Assembly: GCA_951406725.2 (NCBI GenBank)
Contig: OX597827.1
Coordinates: 45,074,001-45,138,000 of the forward strand
Direction: 5' to 3'
DNA length: 64,000 bases
From: Octopus vulgaris
Lineage: Eukaryota
The notes under the pieces were generated by a model, which was given only the letters and a program-made list of their open reading frames with translations, was not told the origin of the DNA and did not search any database. The translations under genes were made by a program, and so were the position numbers. Within the stretch, counting starts at the first letter, position 1. Every line of letters starts with the position of its first letter. Positions 41,196 through 54,245 of this stretch are shown in pieces.

Positions 41196-41959
41196 CAAAA
41201 CAACAATAACAACATCAACAATGATATCAATAGTTTCAAATTTTGGCACAAGGCCAGCAATTTCGGTCGAAGGATATGTCGATTACATTGACCCAAGTGC
41301 TCTGTTGGTGCTTATTTCATCGACCCCGAAAGGATGAAAGGTAAAATCGACATTGGCGGAATTTGAACTCAGAACATTAAGACGGACAAAATGCCGCAAA
41401 GCATTTTGTCCGACATGCTAATGATTCTGCCAGCTCACAGTTTTATTGTTAATAATAACAATCCTTTCTACTATAGGCACAAGGCTTGAAATTTGGGGGA
41501 GGAGGTACTTAATTTATCGACCCCAAAAGGATGAAAGGTAAAGTCGACCTCGGCGGAATTTGAACTCAGAACGTAGCGATGGGTGAAATACCGCCTTGCA
41601 TTTGTCCGGTGTGCTAACGTTTCTGCCAGCTCGCCGCCTTCATAATGATAATAATAATAATAATAATTTATTCTTTTATTAGCCACAAGGGCTCACATAC
41701 AAAACATTAAAAGACATGCAACAACATAAAAAAACACAACAAAAACAGGGCGATATAAAGGGTTTTTGCAGCGTGTAAACAATATAAATAACAATTAAAA
41801 ATGAAACAAATTAAAATTCCCAATAGGGGAAGCGCTTTAAGGTCCCCGTGGAAAACCCCACAAAAGCCACGGGTACCTGAACAACAGGACAAGAGCCCTT
41901 CTCCTTTGATGCCCTTTTTACAGGTGCACGCTTAGAATTGGTCCTTTCACACTGGCCAG

Positions 41960-42211
41960 GTTGTGCCTCTAATATTAAAGTGCATTGGGAAGTGTAAGCA
42001 AAGATATAAGACAAATGGTTGGAGGAGATTGGAATAGAATGTCCTGTAGAGCTTCTACAGAAAATTTGCCTGTTAGGGACAGGAAAAGTTATTAGGAGGG
42101 TTCTAACCACTTGAAACACTATTGAAAGCAAGTGGATGCCTAAGGTTACAGGTAAGTAACCCGCTAACCACATAAATCCAGCCAGGAAGAAGAACAAACC
42201 TGAGTCAAATC
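41960..42211 (+). mobile_element. R4/Dong-type LINE 3' end followed by (GAT)n
   Basis: WLEEIGIECPVELLQKICLLGTGKVIRRVLTT*. Confidence 0.7.
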
Positions 42212-42307
42212 AATGATGATGATGATGATGATGACGGTATATGTATGCTTATACATAGACACACATATATACATCTATGCTTGATCCAGTTCTACACCAC
42301 ATTCCAC

Positions 42308-42356
<49 letters not shown>

Positions 42357-42411
42357 TTTTAAGTCTTTTTCTGAGACTAGTTTTGGTGGTTGTTCTCTCT
42401 CTCTCTCCCTC

Positions 42412-42478
<67 letters not shown>

Positions 42479-42606
42479 CACTCACTCACTCACTCACTCT
42501 CTAAGCTAAATATGTATGTATGTGTGTATGTATATGTGTGTGTATGTGTTATGTGTGTCTATATATATATCTGTATGTATGTATATATATATATATGTGT
42601 ATGTAT

Positions 42607-42674
<68 letters not shown>

Positions 42675-43077
42675 GTATATATACATACATATATAATGTG
42701 AATGTATCTGTGTTTAAAAATAACTTCCACAGTTTCAAATTGATAAGGTAAAAACAACAAGAGGTATTCTTTTTATGTTTCAGACAGAATTTATTTTTTA
42801 TTTCTCGTTGTTGACTGTGGAGGGGAGAACGCGTTGCGAGTGACGGGGGTTGAGGGATGTCAAATTGCCTCGGTCAACCATTACGTGGCCTTACTCAGAC
42901 AGCCCACGCACATTTACAAGCCTGCAAATGCACAGACTCACTGACTCACACACGCGTATATCTTTTACTTGTTTTTGTTATTAGACCGCTGCCACGCTGG
43001 AGCACCGCCTTGAGGAATCCTAAGTTAAACGAATCGATATGAGTAATTTTTTTTAAGCCTAGTACATATTCAATCAG

Positions 43078-43200
43078 TAAATAGATGGAAGGAAGTCATA
43101 GATAATCAGGAAACGTACATTTATGATTAAATTTCAATTAAATATAACATTTGATCACTTGTTTTCTTTATTAAAAATTCGGACAGAACTTACGGGATGA

Positions 43201-43203
<3 letters not shown>
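43078..43203 (+). mobile_element. Mariner 3' end
   Basis: RWKEVIDNQETYIYD* followed by TIR-like cggacagaacttacgggatgacc and (TA)n. Confidence 0.6.
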
Positions 43204-43280
<77 letters not shown>

Positions 43281-43534
43281 TAGAAATTGACTGAATGGGT
43301 GTACACAATACATTTTCCTTTTGTCTATTAGTCAGAGGTCGACAGTGCCTTTGATCCTTTGCAAGTATCGGGCCGTTGATCATTTGGGTCTGGGCTGCAG
43401 AGAAAAAAAGAGACTAATAGAAATTATTTCTATTGCATTGACTATCGCGGTCTGTTGGGTATTTTGTATTACATATGTATACTATTTTACTTGTTTTAGT
43501 CATTTGACTGTGGCCATGCTGGAGCACCACCTTT

Positions 43535-43550
43535 AAAAAAAGGCAGAAAA
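43535..43550 (-). terminator. Pol III oligo-T terminator of the tRNA
   Basis: TTTT about 10 nt and TTTTTTT about 19 nt downstream on the - strand. Confidence 0.7.
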
Positions 43551-43559
43551 CTTGTTAAC

Positions 43560-43633
43560 AGGCTCTAGGGGGATTCGAACCCTCGACCTCCAGTTTACTA
43601 GACTGGCGCTCTAACCAACTGAGCTATGGAGCC
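43560..43633 (-). tRNA. tRNA-Thr(AGT), possibly a decaying copy
   Basis: GGCTCCATAGCTCAGTTGGTTAGAGCGCCAGTCT-AGT-AAACTGGAGGTCGAGGGTTCGAATCCCCCTAGAGCCT; full cloverleaf, A and B boxes, downstream T4 and T7 tracts; one C.A mismatch in the acceptor stem and one A.C mismatch in the T stem. Confidence 0.9.
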
Positions 43634-43926
43634 ACCTTCTATTTGTAATAATTGAAAAACGTATTATGCATTTTATAGTATTCTGTTATGTGCGTGAACC
43701 TTCAGTCGTGGAAAAATTGTCTTGCATAAAACCGGTGATGCCAAAGAGGTTGGGGTTCACTGCTGTACACAGCCCCCAAGACTGATGAGATGAATGGGGA
43801 ACTAACTTCGTACAAGAAATCTTATCCGAACTGACAGCTTGCAATAGACAGACCGCAATGAAAATGTAACACCGCCATCAGTACCAGATGGCGGTGTTAA
43901 ATTTGGCAACGGATTAAGTTTGCTAT

Positions 43927-44574
43927 TGTAACAGTTATACACAGTTGTTTATTTATATGTTGCGCTCAGGTTGAGGTACAGACGAATTAGAGTTCGATTG
44001 TCGAGTGGGAAATGGATAAACGCACCTAATAAATGACAGGAGAACATTGCTAGTTAAAATAGCTTTATTTTATCGTTACCGCATAAACGACAACTGCTTC
44101 GAGTTATTGTATAAAGATTAGTTGAAGTTATATTGACCATTTCATAGACAGATGTGTTCATCGTTTGTTGGCTGCTGGGAGACGGAAGGAAGGAGGAAAG
44201 AGAAAGAGAATTTATCTATCTGGGTTGACGAGTAGAGGGGATGAAAGTTCTATAGACCCCTGGTGTCATGCCAGAGGTACTTCTTCCGACAGGCGCCAGG
44301 CGGAAGAAGGATACTCTTCGGTGAGGTGTCGAGTGAAACGGAGAATTGAAATTGGGTTCTGTATTTATAATATTTTCCTACTTAATCTAAGTCAGGCTCA
44401 ACAAAGGATTTTTCGTCGTTATCTGTATTTAACCTAAGGATCTTCACGAAACAATGAGGTTTGACTCTCATTAATTTCTTAGTGCAAATGCCGAGAACAA
44501 TAGGAAGAGATTCATAGAAAGATCTAGACTGGGTTTCGGATCCTGACTAAAAATCCAGGAAACGATTCGCTTCA
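43927..44574. mobile_element. Probable solo LTR (Gypsy-like)
   Basis: Starts TGTAACA, ends TTCA, 4-bp direct repeat CTAT at 43923-26 and 44575-78; non-coding and microsatellite-free. Confidence 0.5.
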
Positions 44575-45356
44575 CTATGTATGTGTGTGTATAAACTTAG
44601 ACCGAAAGTAACCGGAAGAAGTACCACAAAGCCTTCAGTTTAACGTTCTTATAGACCAGCCAATCAACTGCCGTGGGTTAGTAATTTTTATTGATTTCGA
44701 AAAAATGAAAAGTAAAGTTAACTTTGGCGTGACTTGAACTTGGTACACAGAGAGTGAGAATAAAAAGCACTTTATGCATTAATCCATTGAGTGAAAACAG
44801 GCTGGTAATTCGAGGCTATGTATACAAGTATGTACAGATATAAGGATATTGTATTTTTATCGTACTTTATTATCGCATGGGAAGTCAGTGGCTCAGTAGT
44901 TAGGGGTGTATCGGTAGCTAGATAGTTGAATGATCTCACTTGCATGAAAGATTATTGCGTAACGTCCCTTTACTAAGTTTCTCAAAGCATCTGTGTCATG
45001 AGACGTGATTCTTAATAATCGAAGAAGCTTAGCGTGTGTGGAAATAAAGCCTTACGTTTTTTTCCGTCCTTCTTTTCGTATATATTCACTGCTTTGTTCC
45101 AAGGATTCTAATGCTCTTAGCTTAGTTTTTCCTTGGGGCTGGTCAGATTGGAGCAACCTCGAGTATAACCAGCCGAAATTGCAAAGATAATCTGGAACTC
45201 GACTGAGGAAAGAAAACTCGGAATGACCCGTAATTGTTTTCCTTGTATCGTCTATCTGGATGTTTTGTTGTCCCTTTTTTGTATCACCTAACTGTCTGGA
45301 TATTTTGCGTTCTTATCCATTTTTGTATTATATATATACATACATACATACATACA

Positions 45357-45444
<88 letters not shown>

Positions 45445-45445
<1 letters not shown>

Positions 45446-45833
45446 TAGCAGTATCGCCCGGCGTTGCTCGGGTTTGTTTCGACCCGCTGGAACTGGAATT
45501 TTTGAGAAGTAAAAATTTTGCATTATGTAGCTTGTTATTCTCTTCAAGTGAACATTTTTCTGGTTGAAATACACCGAAAAGTGGCGACACAGCAGTGAAA
45601 AAATCGTAAAAAATAGGGATTTTCATAGAAAAAGCATCTTTTTGATGTAAATAATTTTTGGTGTTAACATGGTCCGATTTGAATTTTATCTTCTACGGAA
45701 GGAAGAGCAACCCTTCTATCATACTCTCAATTTTGGTCAACTTGCGCCGCAGGGTCTCGGAGGAGATAGTGTTAGTTGAAGGTTACCAAACCTGGCGCAC
45801 ACAGACAACTTCAGCTTTATATATAGAGAGAGA
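45445..45833 (-). mobile_element. Non-autonomous Helitron
   Basis: Minus strand: A|TC(TC)nTATATATAAAG 5' end; 3' GC hairpin cccgagcaacgccggg then CTAG|T. Confidence 0.85.
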
Positions 45834-45953
45834 TAACACACACACATTAATACACATACATACACACACACACACGCACACATGTATGTATGTATGGATG
45901 TATGTATATATGTACATCTGTCCACTTCTTGCCATATTTTTATCGTTCACTTC

Positions 45954-46107
<154 letters not shown>

Positions 46108-46139
46108 CTTAGCTTACAATTTCTTTGTTTCAACAATTG

Positions 46140-47243
46140 ACAACTGAAGTACGCTCGCAAATTAATACTGCGAAAACTTAGCGACAGAAAGTAAATTAAA
46201 AACCAATTTACCTTTTCTGTTGAGTTATCATGGCAATTCGAGCGTCTGATTTCCTTAAATCCGTGTCTTTTCTTCAACTGAACTTACTTCCTATCGTTTC
46301 TTAAAGTCCTTTGTGAAATCTAGGAGTGTTTTTTTTTGTTCTTTCTGGAGAAAGTTTTGTTTCCTCGACACTAAAAACTAACGGGAAGTAGACAACAGTC
46401 CCAGTACAATTGGTGTAATAGTGTAACTCATAATGTGAGCGGCTAGCATCTACTCACCATATGTTGGTGTGTGTCTGCAAATGTGTTCGAATGAGAAAGT
46501 GAATTGTGTTTGGCGCCTTTTTTACTAATAACAAACACACACGTGTGTGTGTGTGTGTGTGTGTGTTTGAATGTTTGTATGTAGTTGTTTGAAACGTTTG
46601 TGTTTGTCACTGTCATATATGTATATGTTTGCAAGGAGTAAAGCATTTGAAATGAGAGAGGAAAATCGTAAAATATTGAGTTTTCTCTCATTTTTGCTTA
46701 ATTGGGGGTCAAATTGAAAGAAATCTATATGCCATGACCAATTGGAATGTACTTCGAAAAATCATAGGTAAATTCCAATTGAAGAAATTGTGTGAGGAGT
46801 AAATCATTATGTATTTATTTGTTTCTGTTTCCTGTGTATTTTTTTTGAGTTGTGGTTGAAGGTACACTTGCAAAGAGAAAGTAGGAGAAAGTGTGGGGAG
46901 TAAATCCTTATGTATTTATTTGTTTCTGTTTCCTGTGTATTTTTTTTGAGTAGTGGTTGAAGGTACACTTGCAAAGAGAAAGTAGGAGAAAGTGTGGTAA
47001 TAGAGGGAGTGAAGCAGTTGAAATTAGAGAGGCAAATCGTAAAATATTTAGTTTTCTCGAATTTTTGCTTAATTGGGAGTCAAATTGAAAAAAATTTATA
47101 TGCTATGACCCAATCGAATCTACTTCGAAAAATCATAGGTAAATTCCAATTGAAGAAATTCTATATTGTACAATTGTATTAAAAACAAACTATGTGGGAG
47201 GCAGAGAAAATCTGCCTTTTATCATAAGACATAAGAGATAAGA
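46140..47243 (-). mobile_element. Second Helitron-like 5' portion with internal tandem duplications
   Basis: Minus strand begins A|TCTTATCTC...TTATGATAAAAGGCAG; ~101-bp direct repeat 46791-46996; 46645-46790 is similar to 47015-47160. Confidence 0.5.
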
Positions 47244-47374
47244 TCCCAGATTATATTCTTTGTAAACCTAGCACGTATTCTATCGGTGTGTTTTGCTAAA
47301 CGGCTAGGTTACAGGGACGTAAACATAGCAACATCGGTTGTCAAGCGATGGATGGGGTACAAATACAAAAATTG

Positions 47375-47530
47375 TTGAATTTTGCAGAAAAACAAAAGAC
47401 GAAGCCAGGTGTATGAATAACAAGCAGGTGTTTTAGTTTGACGCTCGGGAAAGGGCGAAAGATTTCTACGTTTCGAGCCTACGATCTTCCACAGAAAGGA
47501 ATAAGAGAAGATAAACAGAAGGAGGATATA
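47375..47530 (-). mobile_element. H1 pLTR-like repeat with HHR-like motif (47463-47497)
   Basis: Reverse complement: ttt-CTGTGGA-a-gatc gtag gctc-GAAA-CG-TA-gaa. Confidence 0.7.
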
Positions 47531-47909
47531 AAAAAAACAAAAAAAAAACTTGTGGATTCAGCGATCAAGCATGGCGGTTGGTTAGGAAAAATGGTTTGAC
47601 AGGAGACATAAAAAGAAAAGGAGATAGTAAAATATTGGTGGTGCAAAAGTAGGTATACAGTTATGAAAAAATAAAACACGTACAATGCTTTTTTTTTATT
47701 TTGAATTAAGTATTCTTTTCTACTATAGGCACGAGGCCCGAAATTTTTGGGGAGGAAAGCCAGTCGATTAGATGGACCCAGTAACGCAACTTGCACTTAA
47801 TTTATCAACCCGAAAGGATAAAAGTCGACCTCGGCGGAATTTAAACTCAGAACGTAAAGATAGACGAAACACCGCTAAGCATTTCTGAAACTGAAAGAAG
47901 CCTGTCGTT

Positions 47910-48008
<99 letters not shown>

Positions 48009-48264
48009 ATGTGTGTATGTATGTGTGTGTGTATGTGTGTATTTGTTCCCACCTCTATCGCTTGACAACCGATGTTGGTGTGTTTACGTCCCCGTAACTT
48101 AGCAGTTCGGCAAAAGAAACCGATAGAATAAGTACTAGGCTTACTAAGAATAAGTCCTGGGTTCGATTTGTTCGACTAAAGGCGGTGCTCCAGCACTGCC
48201 GCAGTCAAATTACTGAAACAGGTAAAAGAACAAAAGAATATATATATATATATATATATATGTT

Positions 48265-48334
48265 TGGCTGATGAAGGTAAAACAAAATATGGGTGAGAGA
48301 CATATCTTGTAAAACCTGAAACCTGCAGGTACCA
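48265..48334 (+). ncRNA. Type-I hammerhead ribozyme, canonical core
   Basis: tgg-CTGATGA-aggt...acct-GAAA-CCTGCAGG-TA-cca; all three stems form; lies in a ~270-bp unit between TA tracts. Confidence 0.85.
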
Positions 48335-48527
48335 CATTATCCTTTTCCGGGTGTTTCATCTTTCAGATGTTCTCCCTGGAGGTAAGACGGTTTTTTTTTC
48401 TCTAATTTGTTGCACACACGCATTTTTGCTAATACATACGCGTTGAAGCTACACATTAGCGTCGTATTTTTACGTTCGCTATTTCCAGTAAATATCGGTA
48501 CTTAGTTGTGCCATTTATTTACTAATT

Positions 48528-48571
<44 letters not shown>

Positions 48572-48577
<6 letters not shown>

Positions 48578-48825
48578 CAAAATGGGACAAAAACGCAAAA
48601 CATTCAAATAGACGATACAAAAACCACGGACGAGTCATTCGAAGCCTCTAATCTTCAGTCAAGAACCGGATAATCCTCGCAATTTCGGCTGATTAATCTT
48701 GAGATTGCTCCGATCTGGCCAGCCCGCCCCAAGGAAAAACTAAGCTTAAGCTACGAGCATTAGATTTCTTGGAAAAAGTATCGAATGTATACGAAACAAG
48801 GACAGAAAAACGGACGATGTTACAC
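48572..48825 (-). repeat. TA-embedded ~260-bp dispersed repeat; second copy at ~45060-45330 (+)
   Basis: Shared ctaatgctc..agcttagttttt ccttgggg...cagccgaaattgc core in opposite orientations. Confidence 0.75.
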
Positions 48826-48861
48826 AGACACACACACGCGCGCGCGCGCACACATACACGC

Positions 48862-48920
<59 letters not shown>

Positions 48921-49039
48921 CATACATACATACACACACATGCATACAGCCCGTATCTGTGCTCTGCTTTCGTCTAATCTTTTCTTGCTGTTGTGTTTTG
49001 TCTGTACAAATCTCTCACTCTCTCTCGCTATATATATAT

Positions 49040-49104
<65 letters not shown>

Positions 49105-49392
49105 GTATGTATATATATATATATGTATATATACTCGTAGCACAGACAGAAAAGCAGGTAGCTGGAAGTAGAGATTTCCAGATATGCTGCAACGCGATAT
49201 TCAGAAGTAAACAAGTGCAGTTTGTATTGTGCATAAAGCAATGCACATGTGGATAGATATTTATGCTTACGTGCACCTGTACACGTACAGGAATTTTCCA
49301 AAACGTATGTAGCTGAATAAAATGTATGCATGTATGTATGTATGTATGTATGTATGTATGTATGTATGTATGTATGTATGTACGTGCACAGT

Positions 49393-49715
49393 GAGGGCGC
49401 GTGGCTTAGTGGTTAGGGCATTCGGCTCATGATCGTAAGGTTGTGAGTTCGATTCCCGGCGACGCGTTGTGTCCTTGAGCAAGACACTTTATTTCACGTT
49501 GCTCCAGTCCACTCAGCTGGCAAAAATGAGTTGTACTTGTATTTCAAAGGGTCAGCCTTGTCACTCTCTGTGTCACGCTGATTATCCCCGAGAACTACGT
49601 TAAGGGTACACGTGTCTGTGGAATGCTCAGCCACTTACACGTTAATTTCACGAGCAAGCTGTTCCGTTGATCGTATCAGCTGGGACCCTCGTCGTCGTAA
49701 CCGGCGGAGTCTTTA
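49393..49715 (+). mobile_element. tRNA-derived SINE S3, full-length
   Basis: tggcttagtgg A-box, gagttcgattccc B-box, gtgtccttgagcaagacactt core; flanked by tatgtacgtgc direct repeats. Confidence 0.88.
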
Positions 49716-49802
49716 GTCTTTATGTACGTGCGTATGTATGTATGTGTGAATGTGTGCAAGCATAGGGCTGTATGCGTATGTATGTATGTATATATGTATG
49801 TA

Positions 49803-50032
49803 TCTCTTTTACTCTTTTACTTGTTTCAGTCATTTGACTGTGGCCATGCTGGAGCACCGCCTTTAGTCGAGCAAATTGATCCCAAAACTTATTCTTTGTA
49901 AGCCTAGTACTTATTCTATCGGTCACTTTTGCCGTACCGCTAAGTTACCGGGACGTAAACACACCAGCATCGGTTGTCAAGCGATGTTGGGGGTACAAAC
50001 ACAGACACACAAACATATACACACACATGCAT

Positions 50033-50115
<83 letters not shown>

Positions 50116-50295
50116 CATACATACATATATACGACGGGCTTCTTTCAGTTTCCGTTTACCAAATCCACTCAGAAGGCTTTGGTCGGCCCAAGGCTATAGT
50201 AGAAGACACTTGCCCAAGGTGCCAGGCAGTGGGACTGAACCTGGTACCTGTTGTTCGTAAGCAAGCTATTTACCACACAGCCACTCCTACGCCTA
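49803..50295 (-). mobile_element. SINE S1, full-length copy
   Basis: Reverse complement of 9407-9800. Confidence 0.9.
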
Positions 50296-50886
50296 TAATG
50301 TATGTTTGTGAATATATTAGGTATAATATGAGATGTATGCATGTGTGTATATACAAGTGTGTTGTATATATATATTTGTATTTTATATAACATGCATATC
50401 TATGTAAACATACATATATGTGCATACACACACACATATATATACATATTTACACATATATTCTTTTATTCTTTTTTTTTTATTTGTGTCAGTCATTTGA
50501 CTTTGGCCATGCTGGAGCACCGCCTTCAGTCGACGAAATCGACTCTAGGATTTATTCTTTTTAAGCCTATTACTTATCCCATCGGTCTGTTTTGTTGAAC
50601 CGCTAATTTACAGGGACATAAACACAACAACATCGGTTGTCAAGCGATGATGGTGGTAAGATGGGGGGTGGTGGCAAACAGAGACACTCAAACATATACA
50701 TAAATACGTATATATGTATATATACACGACGGGCTTCTTTCAGTTTCCGTTTACCTTATCCACTCACAAGGCTTTGGTCGGCCCGAGGCTATAGAAGAAG
50801 ACACTTGCACAAGGTGCCACGCAGTGGAACTGAACCCGGAACCATGTGGTTGGAAAGCAAGCTACTTGCAACACAAACACTGCTGC

Positions 50887-50953
<67 letters not shown>

Positions 50954-51873
50954 CATCTATCTATCTCTCTGTCTTTATTCTTTTACTCGCTTCAGCCATG
51001 TGGCTGCGGCCATGCTGGAGCATCACCATGGGATATATATATATGTATGTATATATTTATTAATTTATTATATGACGGAACGCACGCATCCATTTCTAAG
51101 TAAGATTGTTCTTAATATTAATAATGATGCGCACTCTTAACCTTTCTCTCCCCCTCCCTTTCTCAGCCTTCATTCTTTTGGTTTTCCTTTTCTTCTACCT
51201 TACTGTCTCTACCCCTCTCTCTCTCATTCTTCATTCTTTTCTTTACAACCATTCCCTTTTTTTTCTCTCCCTTTCTCTTACTCCTCCTCCTCCCTCCCGT
51301 CGTTGACCCGCGACGAGAACTCTACTACTGTCTTTCTGTCCTGGCTGCCTTCAAGTAGAGACGGCACTTTCTGTTGCTCCTTCGCCGTTCTCAAAAATAG
51401 CGTTCGTAATATTTTATCTCGTTCGGCTTAACAGCCCTTCTTGTTTGTGTTACTGTTATTCTCCTTGTCTTGTCTTTTACTGTTTATATTTTGTACTGTC
51501 TTTACTGTCCTGTTTTTGTTACCATTTTTACCCCTCCGCAAAAAAATCTCAAATTTTATTTAATTTGATTTTCGCGGGAAGGATTGTTTCATTAAAGTCA
51601 TGTATCGCCTTGACCTTCGAAACGTGGAGTAGATGAAACAAAGGCGACTGAAGAAGGGGAATTTTCCTTGTATTGTATGTCCTGTACTCTATTTTTTCGT
51701 TGTTTAAGAAAAATGTCCATTTCCTTGGTTTTGTGTTTATGTTTTCGGTTCTCATTGTGTTCGACGTTTTTTTTTTGGTGTCCTGTACCCATATATGCAT
51801 GTATGGTAGGTACGTACATATACGTATGTATACATGCATATGTTTTATTTATTAATTAATTTATTATATATAT

Positions 51874-52197
51874 AAACAATTGCAGCGTGGAAGGTGTTTA
51901 TAAGCCATTTAAGAGACAGGCAAAACCGTTAGATTCACTTCAACATTTAAATTTAATTTGTCAAAATATTTTCGTCGCTTTGAGACCGCGACCTGTTCAC
52001 TGACAAAACTTTGTCAGTGAACAGGTCGCGGTCTCAAAGCGACAAAAATATTTTGACAAATTAAATTTAAATGTTGAAGTGAATCTAACGGTTTTGCCTG
52101 TCTCTTAAATGGCTTATAAACACCTTCCACGCTGCAATTGTTTTCGTTCCAGCACACGATCTCAGATCAAGTCACTCGCTATGCAAGTACATCTCCG

Positions 52198-52200
<3 letters not shown>
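51874..52200. mobile_element. H2 inverted pLTR-like pair: 134-bp palindromic arms (51874-52007 / 52010-52143) with back-to-back G3:C8 hammerheads (51957-52007 -, 52010-52060 +)
   Basis: Arms are near-perfect reverse complements; the visible difference is GAAA to AAAA in the + copy; junction tgacaaa-ac-tttgtca; flanked by TA. Confidence 0.85.
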
Positions 52201-52264
<64 letters not shown>

Positions 52265-52312
52265 ATATAAAAATACATGCATACATGTATATATATATGT
52301 AAATATATATGC

Positions 52313-52346
<34 letters not shown>

Positions 52347-52604
52347 ATGTGTATGTATACCTGTATGTATTCTTTATTCTTTTATTCTTTTACTTGTTTC
52401 AGTCATTTGACTGCGACCATGCTGGAGCACCGCCTTAGTCGAGGAAATCGACCCCAGGATTTACTCTTTGTAAGCCTAGTACTTATTCTATTGGTATGTT
52501 TTTGCCGAACCGCTAAGTTACGGGGACTTAAACACGCCAGCATCGGTTGTCAAACGATGTTGGCGGTGGGGACAAAGACGGACACACAAACACACACAGA
52601 CACA

Positions 52605-52658
<54 letters not shown>

Positions 52659-52982
52659 CATATATATATACATATACATATATACGACAGGCTTCTTTCA
52701 GTTTCTGTCTACCAAATCCACTCACAAGGCTTTAGTCGGCTCGAGGCTATAGTAGAAGACACTTGCCCAAGGTGCCACGCAGTGGGACTGAACCCGGAAC
52801 CATGTGTTTCGTAAGTAAGCCACTTGCCACACATCCACTCCTGCGCCGAATCTACTCTTATTATTTGATTCTTTTATGCTTAAGCCTTGAGGCTGCAGCC
52901 ATGATGGGACACTGCCATCTGTGTATGTGTATACACACACATACGCACACACATACATATTTACGTATGTATGTATTCCTAT

Positions 52983-53030
<48 letters not shown>

Positions 53031-53754
53031 CAACACACACACATGCATGCTTACACACACACACACACACGCACATATACTCCAGCGCAATAAGTGTTAT
53101 AACATGTCAGGAATAATGCGTGTGCATATGTGCGCCTGTGTGTTTGTGTGGTTGTCATGAATGCGTATAACGCTCTTATCCTCTTTCCTCTTGTAAGCGT
53201 GATTGTGTGCGTGTGTGTGTGCGTGTGTGTGTGTCTGTGTGTGTGTGTGTGTGTCAAATAAGGAACTAGACTTCTTCTTTTCTCTGTGAATTCCTAGAAT
53301 TCATGTAGCAAGTGTTTCCTTGCCAGACCTTTGCAAAAAGATACATAACTTTGTCACGTAGCTGGCGAAGAAAGAAAGAAAGAAGGAAAGAAAGAAGGAA
53401 AGAAAGAAGGAAAGAAGGAAGGAAGGAAAGAAAGAACAAAAGAAAGATGGAAAGAGACGAAGAAAAAAAAAAAGCAAGAAAGGAAGCGGGGCTGGGAGGG
53501 GAATTTGAAGGAACTGGAGACGGAAAAGGCGAAATGGAGACAAGGAACGGGTGAGGTGGATCTCTTGGCCTTAGTCTCCAATTATAATTCCATTCGCACC
53601 CGTATAATGATTATACTGTTTTTTTTCATATTAATTTAATTTTTTTTTGTAGCAGAGGTTCTTGACCCTCCTTTCGCGATTACAAATCCTCTACTCCACT
53701 AAGTATTGCTCAATATATGTCATCATACCCTCTTCGACAGACTGTCGAAAGCTT

Positions 53755-53884
53755 CATCATCAACGTCTTCGTCGTCGTTGTCGTCGTCGTCATCATCATC
53801 ATCGTCATCGTCATCGCTACCGCCGCCGTCGTCGGGGCCACCACCAAGACCACGACCACGACCACGACGACCACGACCACGACG

Positions 53885-53916
<32 letters not shown>

Positions 53917-53992
53917 CACCACGACCACCACTACCACCACTACCACTACCACCACCACCAACACCACAACCACAACCACCACCACGACCACC

Positions 53993-54030
<38 letters not shown>

Positions 54031-54245
54031 CACCACCACACCACCACCACCACCACCACCACCACCACCACCACCACCACCACGACCACGACCGCGACCA
54101 CGACGACGACGACGACGACGACGACGACCACCACCACCACCACCACGACCACCACGACCACCACGACCACGACCACCACGACCACCACGACCACCACGAC
54201 CACGACCACCGCCTCCACCACCACCACCACCACCATCATGACCAT
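53755..54245. repeat. Compound GAC/CAC/CGT trinucleotide microsatellite
   Basis: Direct inspection; similar blocks at 18950-19260, 25670-25850 and 59100-59710. Confidence 0.9.

Noticed and set aside
43780-43828. CTGATGA...GAAA as a hammerhead
   Set aside because: Stem II is out of register with GAAA, there is no palindromic stem III, and stem I is only 2 bp.
45200-45235. CTGAGGA / CTGAAGA motif in the 45060 and 48572 repeat family
   Set aside because: Followed by GAAT rather than GAAA and no consistent stem II in the two copies; not counted as an HHR.
49393-49470. tRNA gene (also heads at 9407, 29722, 58292)
   Set aside because: A and B boxes are present but there is no closed acceptor stem; these are SINE heads.
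51605-51675. tcgcctt...aaggcga-CTGAAGA-hairpin in a pyrimidine-rich element (51060-51830)
   Set aside because: No GAAA after the hairpin; possibly a decayed pLTR but unsupported.
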